The notes under the pieces are model-generated. The model worked only from the letters and a program-made list of their open reading frames with translations, ran no database searches and was not told where the DNA came from. Made by a program: the position numbers and the translations under genes. DNA of 64,000 nt from Blepharisma stoltei ATCC 30299 (taxonomy: Eukaryota > Protista > Ciliophora). Below, in pieces: positions 1-13,280 of this stretch; the stretch's first letter is position 1; the number at the start of each line of letters is the position of its first letter. Location of the stretch: the NCBI GenBank assembly GCA_965603825.1, contig CBFDEM010000018.1, forward strand, positions 682,001-746,000, read 5' to 3'.

Positions 1-648
1 TATAAGCTCATCTGCAACTTTCAGCTTCCTTGATTTTTTCTTATAATTCTCAAACATCCATAAATAAATACTTTCTTTTTCTTCCAAAAACGGACTCTCA
101 TCACTAGCGCACACAAATTTCACATTTTTCAATAAATCATGGTTTCTTTCTTTCATTATTGCAGTAGTTTTTCTTTCAGATCCTATTGCTACCATGATCC
201 CAGCCCCTAAATTAATGCTTGGCTCGATTTCATATCATAAATTAATTGTATTGAGCTCATCATTTATGACTGGATAAGCAGGAACTCTTGATATTTTGTG
301 AGGAAGCTCTTTTGATGGCAGCATGCTGTCTTGTAAATATTTGTCATATAATTCTCTAGCTTTGTGAAAACTGGCTATATCGTCTACTAAATAAGTAATA
401 ATTCCTAAATAGCAGTCTTCTTGAATTAGATTTAAAACATGCTCAAATGTGCTTTCAGTGACGAACCAAAAGTTAAAGTGTATTCAGAGCTTGTCAGTGC
501 TCACTATACGCGTGACTTGACGAATTGAGCCATATTCATTGACTTGATAAGAGTCTGGATTTCTTCTGAACATTCGAAGTAGAAATTCTTCAGATCCATC
601 GCCAAGGACTATTGCATCTATATCATCATATAAAATCGGCTCATCCAT
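1..648 (-). CDS. Hypothetical protein with a degenerate Ras-like GTPase-fold N-terminus (runs off the window)
   Basis: ATG at 648; open to base 1 when three TGA are read as Trp. IVLGD...IHFNFW...GIITYLVDDIASF resembles small-GTPase strands but has no P-loop. Confidence 0.6.
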
Positions 649-829
649 ATTAAAATTATATCAAAATTCTAACTTGCATAATACTCTTTTTAATTGGGAT
701 ATCTTCAGAATTATGTTTAGGTAGGGTTGAAATTAACTAGTGACTTTAATTTTAATATAAATAGAGGTTTAATTTAGTTAGCCTTGATTTAAGAATAATA
801 ATAAAAAATTGAATAAAATAGTTAAATAT

Positions 830-1408
830 TTACTCTGATGAGTGATTGTCGTTTTTTATATCATTTATAAAGAAATCCAAAAATTCTTTATACGTAATTT
901 TCCCTTTATTTTCTGTATCAATTAAGCTCAACAATCTTTTGGACTCTTCCTCATTTTGAATATTAATCCCAAGAATCTCTGTAACTCTCCTCAAATCTTT
1001 AGCATCAATATACCCAGTTTTTTTGATATCCATCAAAGCAAATGCTTGCATTAAAGATTCCTCTAAATTGTTTTGTGACATAATCGATTCGTACATTTTT
1101 GAGAAGGCTTCGAAATCGCATTCACTTGAGCCATCAGGAAATGATGAAATCTGAGAAATATTAATAATTGATAAATATTCCTGAGTCTGCCTTATTTCTG
1201 GACTACTTGGTTCTGAATGGACAAAAAGATTGCTGTTTGCTGGGTTATTTAAAGTTAAATATCGTTCGCTTGAATCTTCAAGCTCCATTAAGGCGTTCTT
1301 AAAGGGATCTATAGTAATTTTTCCATCGTTGTCTGGCTTGAATAAATCAAATACAAATTTCAGCTCAAGTTTTTGATAGTCAGAGAGCGTAAATCCTTGA
1401 GAATCCAT
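830..1408 (-). CDS. EF-hand protein, calmodulin/centrin-like
   Basis: EF loops DNDGKIT, DIKKTGYIDAKDL, DTENKGKITYKEF; likely start MDSQG at 1408. Confidence 0.85.
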   Translation of the reverse strand: MDSQGFTLSDYQKLELKFVFDLFKPDNDGKITIDPFKNALMELEDSSERYLTLNNPANSNLFVHSEPSSPEIRQTQEYLSIINISQISSFPDGSSECDFEAFSKMYESIMSQNNLEESLMQAFALMDIKKTGYIDAKDLRRVTEILGINIQNEEESKRLLSLIDTENKGKITYKEFLDFFINDIKNDNHSSE

Positions 1409-1465
1409 ATTACCACAATTATAAAAAAAATCAACATAGATAAAAATAAAGGGTAACATAAAAAT

Positions 1466-2155
1466 TTAAGACTTTCTTAGTGATATTATGTGTCTTATAC
1501 TTGCTGGCTCTTGGATGACCTGAACAATATTGGCATTAAGTCCCCATAGCTGTGCTTCTCTTATAAATAGCTCACTCCCTCCTCCAACACCAAAATAATA
1601 AGCTTTACAAGCTACCAAGCACTCACCTTTTATAGTTGAATTTATTGCTTGCAATAAATTAGGATAATAATCTGTATTGTAAATGCTGTCACTTGTTAAA
1701 ATTAAGTCAAATTTTCCTAAAATGCTCATATCTTGCCAAGCACCTGCATAATATTTTGCAGATTTCCCTGGGCAGTTTATTTGAACATTATTCATAGTTG
1801 TTAGTTGAAGGACAGCTGCATTGTAGTCTTGAAAAACCACCTCAGCTCCTCTAGATAAACAATAAATCCCTGGAAGCCCGTGGCCACAGCCTAGCTCAAG
1901 CACCCTTCCTTTAATTTCAATATTTTTCAGATAATTAGTTAAATCAAGCGCACATTCCCACAGTCTAAGTCCTCCTTCATAATGACCTGGAATGATATCT
2001 GACATCTCAGAGAGCCCCACTTCACTATTTGAGATATCTGCGTATTGGAAACCACCTGTCAATTTATATCGAGGGACTTCTATTTTTTCATCAAGCTCTA
2101 TCAAAGGCTCAACTGGTATAGGAGCTCTAAGTTCAGGAGGACTAAATAATTTCAT
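1466..2155 (-). CDS. METTL18: Histidine protein methyltransferase (METTL18/Hpm1-like)
   Basis: YEGGLRLWEC, VLELGCGHGLPG, FQDYN, FDLILTSD, KAYYFGVGGG motifs. Confidence 0.9.
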   Translation of the reverse strand: MKLFSPPELRAPIPVEPLIELDEKIEVPRYKLTGGFQYADISNSEVGLSEMSDIIPGHYEGGLRLWECALDLTNYLKNIEIKGRVLELGCGHGLPGIYCLSRGAEVVFQDYNAAVLQLTTMNNVQINCPGKSAKYYAGAWQDMSILGKFDLILTSDSIYNTDYYPNLLQAINSTIKGECLVACKAYYFGVGGGSELFIREAQLWGLNANIVQVIQEPASIRHIISLRKS

Positions 2156-2205
2156 TTTTCTGAAGTAGCTTTATTTTAATTAAAGAAATATTAAAAAATA
2201 AATTT

Positions 2206-3276
2206 TTATATATGATTTTGCACTTCTTGGGATGGATTTGGAAAATTATGTAAATTATCTAAAGTATCAGGGATATCTGGACTTTTTTTGATATCTCAGT
2301 TTTGAAGGAAATTTTGAAATTGCTCTAAGACTTCATTTGATTTATCATTTGAAATATTTTTTCATATTATAGAGAATTCTTGGACAATGTCTGCCATTTG
2401 TTTTAGATCACTTAATGATAAAGTTTCATTTAAAATATTTTCTTCTAGAGGCTCTTCTTTTTTGATGGATTTTTGATTTTTTAATTTTGAGGAAATTGTT
2501 TCTTGGATTTTTATTATTAATTGAGTGGCTAAAGAGTAGTGTGAAAATTTTAAGAGCTGCTGAATTGTAGGCTGAGTTTCTTTTACAGCTGCAATCAATT
2601 TTAAACTTTCTTGTGCGGCTTTAATATTGTTTAATCGCCTTTTGAGGAAAAATAATCTTAGGTATCTGGATTCAATTTTATTCAGAAAAGCATTACTAGA
2701 TGCATTTAAATGGTGCAAATTTTCTAAGCACCCAGAAACTTCAGTTATCAAGCTTTGCATTATTTTAATTGAATCCATAATGTCTTCTCAATTCTCCCTC
2801 ATTTTATGGAAAACAGATAAATCAGTGCAATCCAAATATAAATTTAGCTCTTCTGCTTCTTCTTCATTTATTTTTAAATGTGGCAAGATTTTAAATTTCG
2901 GATTAAAAAATTCTTCAGGTACAAAATGATAACAATTTTCTGGTGTAAAATATTCGCTTTCATCTTTATTCTCCATTTTTTCTGGTTCACCAATTATCTT
3001 ATCATATTTATGATATTTTTCTAACAGTGCCTCAAATTCTTTTTCCGTAACAGTAGTTTCTGATTGTCTTATTTTGTTTTCGCTGAAGAAAGTTCTTAGA
3101 AAACTTTTATAAAAATCTTCAATAATTGATTCATCTGGGTCATTATTTATTGAAGTCAAGTTCTGACTCATTCGAATTTCTCTAGAATTTCTCAATTCAT
3201 AAGGATGCAGCAATATGTGCTCAAAGGATGAATTGCAATCTGAAAAAGATGCTTGACTGGTAAGAAAAGAATCCAT
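2206..3276 (-). CDS. VPS54 (GARP complex) N-terminal-like protein, 356 aa
   Basis: Two track ORFs join through in-frame TGAs to TAA at 2208-2206. SQNLTSINNDP and AVKETQPTIQQLL resemble Vps54 N-terminal motifs. Confidence 0.6.
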
Positions 3277-3375
3277 AATTAAAAGTAATGGCTGGCTAAT
3301 TTTCTCCCTAAATTTGTAAAACTTCAATTTCAAAAGTCTTGATCATTTTGAAATAATTAACAAAATAATAAACGA

Positions 3376-3972
3376 ATGGGTGCATGCTGTGGAAGTGAGA
3401 AAAAGGAAGACATGGTTAGAAGCACCGAAGCAATCCAACCCAAACTTGTTGAGCCTGCCTATTGTACATTCGAATCTCCTAATTTCCGTCTCGAAGATTA
3501 TTCCAAAAAGATTGGGAACATGGAGATGATTGAAGATATAAGAGATTTAATTTTTAATTATAGGCCGGCTGACATTCGGTGCCAGAGATACCCTAACGAT
3601 CCTCCCTCAAGGCACTCTTTTATTCTTATCACTGGAGAAAAGCAAATTTCAGAAGAAACATTGGAAGACAGTGGGTAATTTTAATACAGCCTTATCATTG
3701 ATTATTCAGAGAATGGGTTTCGAATTTTATTAGGGGACGAAAAAATCATAAGCTTGGCGCATAGCAATAATAAAAAAATCGACCCAGTTGTAGAGCTTTT
3801 GATTTTCCCTGGGTCAGATTCTAAAACTGATAAAGGATTCCACGAAATAATTGAATGATCATATGAGCATAAAGATGAATTATGCACAGACCCTAGTGTG
3901 ACTCCAGAACTCAACATGGGGAAGCGTCTTTATAAATATATAGTAGATATGCTTCACTGGAACTCTAAGTAA
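3376..3972 (+). CDS. Putative N-acylated hypothetical protein (MGACC), one intron
   Basis: Intron 3675-3689 removes a TAA; exon 2 is open with one TGA=Trp to TAA at 3970-3972. Confidence 0.75.
3675..3689 (+). other. 15-nt intron GTAATTTTAATACAG
   Basis: GT-AG, A at -6, removes in-frame TAA. Confidence 0.85.
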
Positions 3973-4010
3973 GTTAATGTAAGATTTTATAATTCTCTAA
4001 GATTAATAAT

Positions 4011-4451
4011 ATGGTCAGGTTTAAAAATCGATATTTACTCTGTGAGCTTAAGTGGGAAGACGAAAAATATGACCCAAATATCAAAAATAAAGATGTTTAT
4101 GAAGCAATCAAAGACTCAATTGGCATGAATTTTGGAGATTTTGGAATAGGGCTTTCAGTGATTTCATTATCAATAAAATATTGAAATCCTGTGACGAATT
4201 TGTTTATTTTAAGGGTATCTAGAGAATGCTATAGGCTAGTATGGGCTGGACTTAGTTTGATTACACATATAAGATCTAGAAGGGTGAGGCCATCAGTGAT
4301 ATATTGTGCAGGGACTATTAGAACTTGTGAGAGAAAAGCTGCATTATTTATAAGAAATTGGCTATCTAAAAGCAAAAATCCTTTAGAAAGGCAGCTGAAA
4401 GAGCTTCAAGCAAAATCAATGATGAGCGAGCTTGCTGTCATGATTCCTTAA
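4011..4451 (+). CDS. POP5: RNase P/MRP subunit POP5
   Basis: MVRFKNRYLLCE...NFGDFG...KY(W=TGA)NP...AGTIRTCE. Confidence 0.92.
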
Positions 4452-4487
4452 ACATAATATAATAAAATTCTACTGGAAAATAAAAAT

Positions 4488-5636
4488 TTAAGTAAGCTTA
4501 GGAATATATGCAATAATAATCGTCATATCATCAGCTGTATTAGTCCCACTAAGCAGCCATCTCATCCACGATAATGCAGCTAATTTTTCAGCTGCCTGCT
4601 TCGGATACCCACTTTTTGCTACCAAATCTACTGCTTCTTGATCTTTAATAAATTCCCATATCCCATCACTACAAATGACCAAAAACTCGTCATTTTCTTC
4701 CAGCTCGATTTCTTTTATTTCTGGCTCAGAAATAACTCCAGCTGGATGTGATGCTAAATCTCCAAGAGACCTGCTCATGGCAAGTCCAGGAAATTCTTTT
4801 CCAGGGAAAAAAACCCTCCAGTATTTTTCTCCTCACATTTGTTTGACTTCTCCTCCAGTCTCTTCAATCCTTTTTTTCTCGTCAGGAAAATTAGGCTTAT
4901 GATCGTTTGTTAAAGGCACAGCCAAATAGCCTTGTGATTGTTTTTTAGCTAATACAGCACGAGAGTCGCCTACATGGGAAATATAAAGGTGGTTTTGTTT
5001 TACACAGACTGTTACAGCAGTGGATCCAGAAAATTTGCACTCGAAATTGGAGGCTTCAGAATTGGATTCTTCGATTAAAAGTGACTGAGAGGAAAGGTAT
5101 GATTCTTTTATAGAGGATAAAGGGTCGGATTGTCATAAAGGATTTGACAGGGCAGTTTGAAGCAGACAATTTGAAAGAAATTCAGATATGAAGTGGCCAT
5201 GCTCACCATGGCCATCGAAAACTCCTAATAGGAAATCAGAGCCGTCAATAATGATACAGAAATTGTCTTGGTTTGGGTCTTCAGTTTTTAAACCCTTTTT
5301 GCAGGTAACTCATATTCCAATACTTTCTAAAAAGGTAGGGTCGATTTGAGATTCGTCGAGTTTCATACCTTTTTCTTCGAAACCTTGATGATGCTTTGTT
5401 ATGGAGGCGCCTCTGAAAATATATCGTTGAGTTAGCAGGGATAAATCCCGACGCTTGAAGTATTGATGAGTGTCGTGGGTTGATTGGTCTGATGGATGAA
5501 TAGTGAGGCTTGATCGAGGCTCTTTTTTACTATAAAGCCGCTGGCAAGCTGAGTCATCTAGTTTTACTTCTGATTCTTCGTCTAATTCTTTAGTTTTATC
5601 TTGAGGTTTATTCTTTTTAGATATACAAGGGCCCAT
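4488..5636 (-). CDS. Protein phosphatase 2C with N-myristoylation-like start (MGPC)
   Basis: Single 382-aa frame through TGAs; NQDN, VFDGHG, HVGDSRAVL, DHKP, MSRSLGD, SDGIW, DDMT. Confidence 0.93.
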
Positions 5637-5962
5637 TTATAGATTTTTTTAAAGATTTATTTCTTTATCCAAAATTATTCTCTTATAGCAATTTGCAATT
5701 AAATCATTAACCAAAAGAATTATGCTAAAAATAAAAACAATTATTATTTGGGACTAGAAATATTTGACAGTCAAAATATAAATGTTAACTGATATACAAA
5801 ATATCAGCAAAATGATTAAAAAGCGTGCTAAATCTCAAAAATAATTTTGACGTTTTATCTTAAATAAATACAATTATAATTTCCTATAAAAACAATTAAT
5901 TTCCAGTTTTAACTATGTCAACGTTATATTAACATCATAAATCATAACATCATAAAACTTTA

Positions 5963-6346
5963 ATGGGCGATTTACGCAAAAAAAAGTCTCTACAGAATAT
6001 TCACTTTCCAAAGCCTAATCATTTGGATGCTAGAATAGGTTCCTTTGTGAAGCGCAACCCGTTCTATGAAGAGAGACTTCCCCCATTAAAAGTATGTGCC
6101 CATGAAAATCAAGAACAAGATTCTCTGCTAAAAGAGCTTAATATAATCCTTAGCAAGCCATCAATGCCTTTACCGAAACTTTGAAAGAAATCTCCATCCC
6201 CTGGTTTTGTTCAAAAACATCAAATTGAGCGCCCTCCAAGTCTAAAGATGAATCCTATAGTTCTTGACGAAAAATTCCAAGAATTAAATTCTTCTATGAG
6301 CACTTGTGGAAGTTCTAAAAATTCCAGTTTTGAGAATTTGCTGTAA
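5963..6346 (+). CDS. Hypothetical protein, 127 aa
   Basis: Frame continues through TGA at 6182-6184 to TAA; AT-rich flanks. Confidence 0.6.
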
Positions 6347-7015
6347 TTATGTACGACTTTAATTAATTAGTTAATGATTTTCAAACTCGATTTTATATTT
6401 TCCCATTTTAAGGATAAAAAGCCCCGACTTTGGGAATTTTAAATTAATAAAACTTGCAGATATTTTAGAGCTAAATTTAAAATATATTTTGAACCTATAA
6501 ACACAGATCACAAAATGTTATAAAATGTATTTAATATATAAATTTAATTTTATTAATATGAAAAAATATTAACAGTTAAAAATAAATTCACTTTCTTCAG
6601 GTCGTTTAAATAACTATAAATATCTAGAATTTCAAGCAAAGAAATATATTATTGAGCTTAGGAGTAAATTTTTTCTTTTAACTGATTACTGCTTATCTAA
6701 TACTTTTTTAGGCTAATGAGTTTTTATTTCTGACCAATACTAAGTGCATTTTATAGATTTTCTAAGTTGAAAATTACATAGTGGCCTTATGATTTTTGAA
6801 GGCCAAGCCAAGCAACACATTTAGATAGCCCAGTCTCTATTTTTATCCTATACTTGTGAAACAATTTTTTAGTCTTTATTCTATTTATTCATATATAGTT
6901 TTTTCTTTTTATTTTTTTAGATAGATAATGATAAGGGAATTTTATTGAATATCAGAGTTATCAAATGATTTATTTAAAATCATTTCATCAACAAATCTCA
7001 AAAAAATTATAAAAA

Positions 7016-8119
7016 ATGGCTGAACATTCCAACAGAAGCAATCACTACGTTTCATCTTCTTCCGTTATGTCCTATCCTCGTTCTCTTCCTCGAGCCCTTA
7101 TATCACGTGATCCCCCATCTGACCGTACCCATAGAATTCAATATCGTCAAAGAGAAACAGATCTGACACCATCTGCTAGACTAACTGAGCGTAAAGAAAG
7201 AAATGAGCCATATTTTGTTTCTCAGTCAGTCCCACGCAGCATTAAAAAAGAATATAAATCTGATACCATACCCAGACCAAGACCTATTCACAAGCTATCT
7301 TGTCCTGTTTGTTTGCATGATTATACCAATGAAATTACCCCCAAAATCCTAACCTGTGGTCATACTTTTTGTTTAGTCTGCCTTGAAAAATTGCAAAAGA
7401 CGTCACAAATTCGATGTCCTCTTTGTAAAAAAGCAGAGCTTAGGCTAGTTTCTGAACTTCCTGTAAATTTTATAGCAAAAGAAGTAAATGAAGTAAATAA
7501 TGCTATTGATGAATGCAAAATCCATAGAAGAGAAATCGGAGCATTCTGCTCAACAGATAAATCGTTATTATGCTGGGAATGTTTAAGCCCTCATACTAAG
7601 CACTCCATTTATTCAGTTTCTGATCCGAAAATTCAACTAATTGCAAATGAAAAACGAAAACACATTGAATCGATAGGAAAAAAATTAGCTACAAATATAC
7701 AAAAATTACAGGAGTTTGGGTGTAAATTAAACGAGAATTTAAAAGAAATTAATTGCTTGGTAGATTCACATATAGAAGGGTACAAAAAAGCAAAAAATGA
7801 AATAATTCAGAAAATTGAAGAAATTTTTGAAAAACGTGTAGAAGAGATAAAAGAGAAGGCAAAAATTCCTGACGACAAAAAAATTGCTGAAAAAATTAAT
7901 ATACAGATAAGTAAATTAAATGGGCATGTAGAAGAATTGAACAAAGAAAAAGATGAATTCGAAAAAATGAGTGCTTTGAGAAAATTGGAGTGGAAAGAAA
8001 CTGTGCCTTTTAAAGAGGAATTGATGCCACAGATTGAAATGGATGATCAATTAAGAGAATTTTTAAAGAAGCCGATAAAATACAAAGAAGAGATTTTTAC
8101 AAAATTAAACCAGCTATAA
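7016..8119 (+). CDS. RING / B-box / coiled-coil (TRIM-like) protein
   Basis: CPVC...CGHTFCLVC...CPLC RING, CKIH...CSTD...CWEC...H..H B-box, then coiled coil. Confidence 0.85.
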   Translation: MAEHSNRSNHYVSSSSVMSYPRSLPRALISRDPPSDRTHRIQYRQRETDLTPSARLTERKERNEPYFVSQSVPRSIKKEYKSDTIPRPRPIHKLSCPVCLHDYTNEITPKILTCGHTFCLVCLEKLQKTSQIRCPLCKKAELRLVSELPVNFIAKEVNEVNNAIDECKIHRREIGAFCSTDKSLLCWECLSPHTKHSIYSVSDPKIQLIANEKRKHIESIGKKLATNIQKLQEFGCKLNENLKEINCLVDSHIEGYKKAKNEIIQKIEEIFEKRVEEIKEKAKIPDDKKIAEKINIQISKLNGHVEELNKEKDEFEKMSALRKLEWKETVPFKEELMPQIEMDDQLREFLKKPIKYKEEIFTKLNQL

Positions 8120-8342
8120 TTATGCCAAATCAATTTTTAAAAATCTTAGATTTTAACATATTTTATGTACTTAAGTTTTTTTTATAAACAATAGAGAAAT
8201 AAGTAAGATAGTAAATATTTAGCAATTAGAAAAAACAATAAGAAAATCATTTTTATAGATTTTTTTCCATTTTTATAGATTATACATTATATCAATTTCA
8301 ACACCATTTGAAATTTAGGATGGTCTACCAATAAAACATAAA

Positions 8343-8698
<356 letters not shown>

Positions 8699-9679
8699 TA
8701 AATGCTATAAATAGCGCACGAGAAGAATTTTTCAATATAATTAATTATCATAAAATAGAAGAATCATAAGGCATCTTAAAAGTTTAAATAGTTTAGAATA
8801 CCCACTTTAGCTATATATATGTTTCGAGATAGTCTATAGCAAAAACTTTATGAATTTATTAAACTCCCATCATTTAATTATATTTTAAATGAGCTCCCTG
8901 AAAGGCTGAGAAAATTATTGGAGCTGCTATTAATTAATAACGAAATAAGTAAAAAGCTAGGAGCAAATCTTCCAATTGATTTAAATTCTGGGGCTTTACC
9001 TTTGAAGGTATTTAATTTATTTACCGGAAAGTATATTGACAACTTCTTCTGTGAAAGTGCTGCATTATGCAAGATTGTTGTTAGCTTAATGAATAAATCT
9101 CCAAGCTCAAGTAATAAAATTCGATCAGATTTAGACAAAAATATTGAGCTAGCTCGAGGAAATAATTGCAAATACATTTGGCAAAGAATTAAAAAAAATA
9201 AAAGAACCTCTATCCCATCAACAAAGTGAAAGTCTTCAAGAATTTACCACGTTTCAAGAAAATCAAAATAAAGTCAATAGTCAAATGCAATTTCAACATG
9301 ATTTATGACGATAGTCAAGCAAATAAAAGAAGACTCCCTTTCGTTTTTTGATAAGATTTCTGAAAGCACGTCAAAGATTTTTACTTCATTTTTAATTCAT
9401 AAATAAATTAGCACAGTTCCTTTCTTAATATCCTATAATTTCATTAAATTAAGATATTTCCTTAAATCATGATTATTATTTATCAAATAATAGCTCTTAA
9501 AAATTCCATATACAGCTTTTTATGTATTTTAACTCCAGCTGGCTTCAATTGTATATACAAATTAACCAAAATCAAGCTTATTTGTTATCTTCCAGATTGA
9601 ATTTCTGCTATTTTTGCCCTTAATATCTAATTTCCATACCTAAAATATCTCCTATTAATTAAGATCTTTATAATAAATT

Positions 9680-10912
9680 ATGAAGTTCTTTCTTATTATA
9701 TTATCTCTCGTTTTCGCGAAGAACTTAAAGTCCACCATTTCTCTTTCAAAAGAGCAGCCAGCACAATATATCACAAAATTCGGTGTAGATCTAGGAACAG
9801 GGCATTACGACATACGTTTAAGAATTTCGAAAGGAAAAAAAGATTACACATATGGAAAAACTTACCCAATTGAGCTGCTTTTATATAGAGACAGCGACTG
9901 AGACATGTCAGCTTTCACATGTGAGTCCAAGCATAAAGCTGTCAATATTACCTTAAATATCCCTAGTGACGGAAGATGGTCTGAATCCTTTTCTGGAGAA
10001 TTAGGCGAGCCAGATTTCCCTCACATATGATTTTTCACTATTGCAGACTGCAATCTGACACTTGGAGACTCATCAAAGCTAAGAGTCGAGCTATCAATCC
10101 TAAGTGGCGACAAATCAGAACTTTCCGTAGAAATGAAAGGTATGAAGCGAATTTATATTTTTGTATGCATAATCTTTGTACTTATGCTGGGAAATAATAT
10201 ATGAAAGCTGTACAAGTACTTCACAGCTGTAGAAGAAATCGAAACAAATTTAGTCATGCTAAACCTCGCAGTTGTTTTTCAGTTCATTTCTATGATATTC
10301 CATATCTTACATATATCCGCCTATGAAGGCAATGGACGAGGGGTTGGAGCTTTTGTATTTTTTGGAAATGCGACAGGACTGATATCACAATATATTATGA
10401 TAGTTTTATTATTGTTAATAGCAGATGGGTGGACTATTTTATATAAAAATTTCCCTTCTCCTGAAGCCTATTTATCAGTGATTATTTTGGTAGGGCTTTT
10501 AAATTTGATTATAGCAGCAGTTGAAAGGACAAGTGACGACGCTTATTATCTATTTAGCAGCTTTGAAGGAACCGTTGGCTGGTGCTTATTGGCATTTTAC
10601 ACGATCCATTTCGTATGATTTGTTTTAAATATCCGCGCTCTTTTTACTAAGGTTCCTGGAAATATGAGGCCATTTTTACAAAGATTTGCGGTGGCTTCGT
10701 CTATTTATATACTGTCACTGCCACTTTTGATAGGGATTGCACAGTTATTGCTGCCTTATAAGAGACATAAATTTATTAGTGGTGCGAATTTGTTGGTAGA
10801 AGGTTTGACGATGCTGATATTGTCATATTTGTTTACGAGGAAGACTCAGTATTATAAACTTTCCACAATGGCGGATTCAATGCTTCCAACTTCAAAATCA
10901 CATTCAAACTAG
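9680..10912 (+). CDS. GPR180/TMEM145-like 7TM protein with signal peptide
   Basis: Three track ORFs are one frame through four TGAs; YITKFG, I(W)FFTIADC, Y..NG.G, LLLIADGWTI. Confidence 0.85.
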
Positions 10913-11150
10913 CTTATTTAATGAGTCTTTTTAGCAATATTGTTTTAAATGTATATAGTTTCATAATAATTCTGAATTTTTATTGTTAATTTTATATTAT
11001 TAAGCTGAGATTATACCCATAAGATTTCTAATTTCGATTATCGTATAATTCTAAATTTAAAATAATTTCTTGAGTAATACTGCTTTTAAATAAGATCTAA
11101 CAGTTTATCACTAGACATTTTTAACTGACTTTTAATTTTATATTGAATTT

Positions 11151-13280
11151 ATGTTAGCGTGATATATTGTGGGAATCCTGACTTTTATCGGAGGATTTAT
11201 TATTACTTTGTTTGCCTTATTGAAAACTTTGAAAATTTCAAAAATTTTGCAAGACATATTTTTTTACAAGTCATTTGATCTTACTCAAAACGAAGAAGTG
11301 CTGCAGCCTCTATACATTTCATACTCTCAAGTATGCAGCAGATACATCCCGATTATAGGAATATTCAAGTATAAACGTGTGCAATTTGAAATTCCACCTT
11401 CATGCCATCTGCTTTTATTTGCTTTTTATTTGAAATTAATATTCTGTACAAATTTGATTTTTGCGAGCTTTTACAGTGAACTTGTGATATATGCGGCAGT
11501 GTTTATAGGGATAATAATTTCAGAAATATTTATTGTTCTGACTGAAGTTATTAATAGAGTCTTTTTATCAAGCTTTAATGTGCCAATTTCGAAAGCTTCT
11601 GATTATGCTCTTGGAAACTCTGGGTATAGCTATCAAAAACAAGTAAATAATACGATGGGGAATGAAGGTTCTGATAAAGAAACATTTAAACATAATAGAT
11701 ACTTAGAAGGAAGTCTTTTAAGTTCAATTATGATTATTATGTTTTTAACTCTGTGGGGAACTCGTTTTATTAGTATAGAATCAGAAGACGAAATAAAAGC
11801 ATCAGTAATACAGTCTTTAATTGGCATTGGGATAGATTTTCCCTTGAGATTTCTGACCTGCTATATTTTAAAAGCCTTTAGAATGGTTCCAATATATGAA
11901 AAGAAATATGCAGTTTTCAACGTAAAAATTCAGCCAGAAGACTTAAAAAAATATCAAAAAACTCCTCTAAGAGCTTGCTATGAAGATATTACATTAAATG
12001 GGGTAGAAGTGTCCTTATTTGCTGAAGAAAAAAAAGATATTGCTTTTATTCCAAACAAAGATATAGATGAAAATAGCAAAACTTTATTTACCAATGAAGA
12101 AGAAAATTCTTTCGTTAAAACCATTCTTCCACCAATAAAGAGACATCCAAAGCGTATTGAATTTTTAAAAGGCTATGATGCCTTTTTAGAAAACATGAAC
12201 AAAGTTTATTGTGAAGAAAGCGAAGAGAATATTGAGAGCTTTGATGAAATGTCGTTGAGAAAACATAAAAGGACTGACAGTGATGAAGATACTATTGCGT
12301 CTCACAATGAGCTTTCTGATAATGAATTTATATTATGCCCTGAAGAGTTTTTTTCTACTCCAAGGCCTGCGAAAATAATTGAATTCGCATCTCCATCACC
12401 TCAAAGAAATAGAAGCCCTGATAGAAAAAATTATTCGCCTGATAAAAGTACTCTTGTGCTGACACTATTTAAATGTGAAGCAGAAAATACTTTAGCTTTT
12501 GATATAGCTGAATCAGAAAATTACCCAAAAAATGAGTATAATCCTGACATGACATTTTCTAATGGAATTTGTAACGAAAATACTGACGAAAGTATACCAA
12601 AAAATTTAAAAATCCAAAGCGAAGATTATATTGTAGTCAAAGCACACGAGAAATTAGTTATAACAAAAGATCCAAATGATTTAAGCAGAGTCAGCAGCTT
12701 AGTTATGCTGACAACCCCTCCAAAAATGCCTAAAAGACATAAGCGTTCTCTTAAAACCAAACAAAAAAACCAAGCCGAAGACTATTCAATTTTATACCCC
12801 CAAATCTCTAAATCTCCTCAAGACTGAGGAAAAAGAAACCCGAAAAATCTGATAAATACCCCAGAAAAGCAAAAATCTCTTTCATGCGACCCTAATTTTC
12901 GAGCTCCAACCCCTGAAGAAATGATATCAATAGCTTGCAAAAATAAAAAAATTTATGTAGACGATAAAATTTTCCAACGAAAATCAGAGCAAGATATTCT
13001 TATGCACGTTGACGAAATTTTACATGAAAATGAGAAATCTCCTGCTGTCGAAAAACTAAAAATGATGCTTGAGTCAAGAAAATCGTTTCAGAATAAAACT
13101 AGGGATGCGTCGCTACATGAGCTTGGATGCTATGAAGAAGATTATAGCTCTCCTTATGCAAAAGCTGGCTATAAATCACCACTCCCGAAGTATCAAAAAC
13201 CACCGAAAAATGCGAAAAATCAAGTTTTGTCACCATCGAAGTCTGATAATAGACTCAAATCTGTTGTATATGAATTTTAA
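11151..13280 (+). CDS. Hypothetical protein with multi-TM N-terminus and low-complexity C-terminus, 709 aa
   Basis: ATG at 11151; frame open through TGAs at 11160 and 12825 to TAA. Confidence 0.75.

Noticed and set aside
3969-3983. GTAAGTTAATGTAAG as a 15-nt intron extending the upstream gene
   Set aside because: No A at -6, ends AAG, and splicing would run out of frame over POP5.
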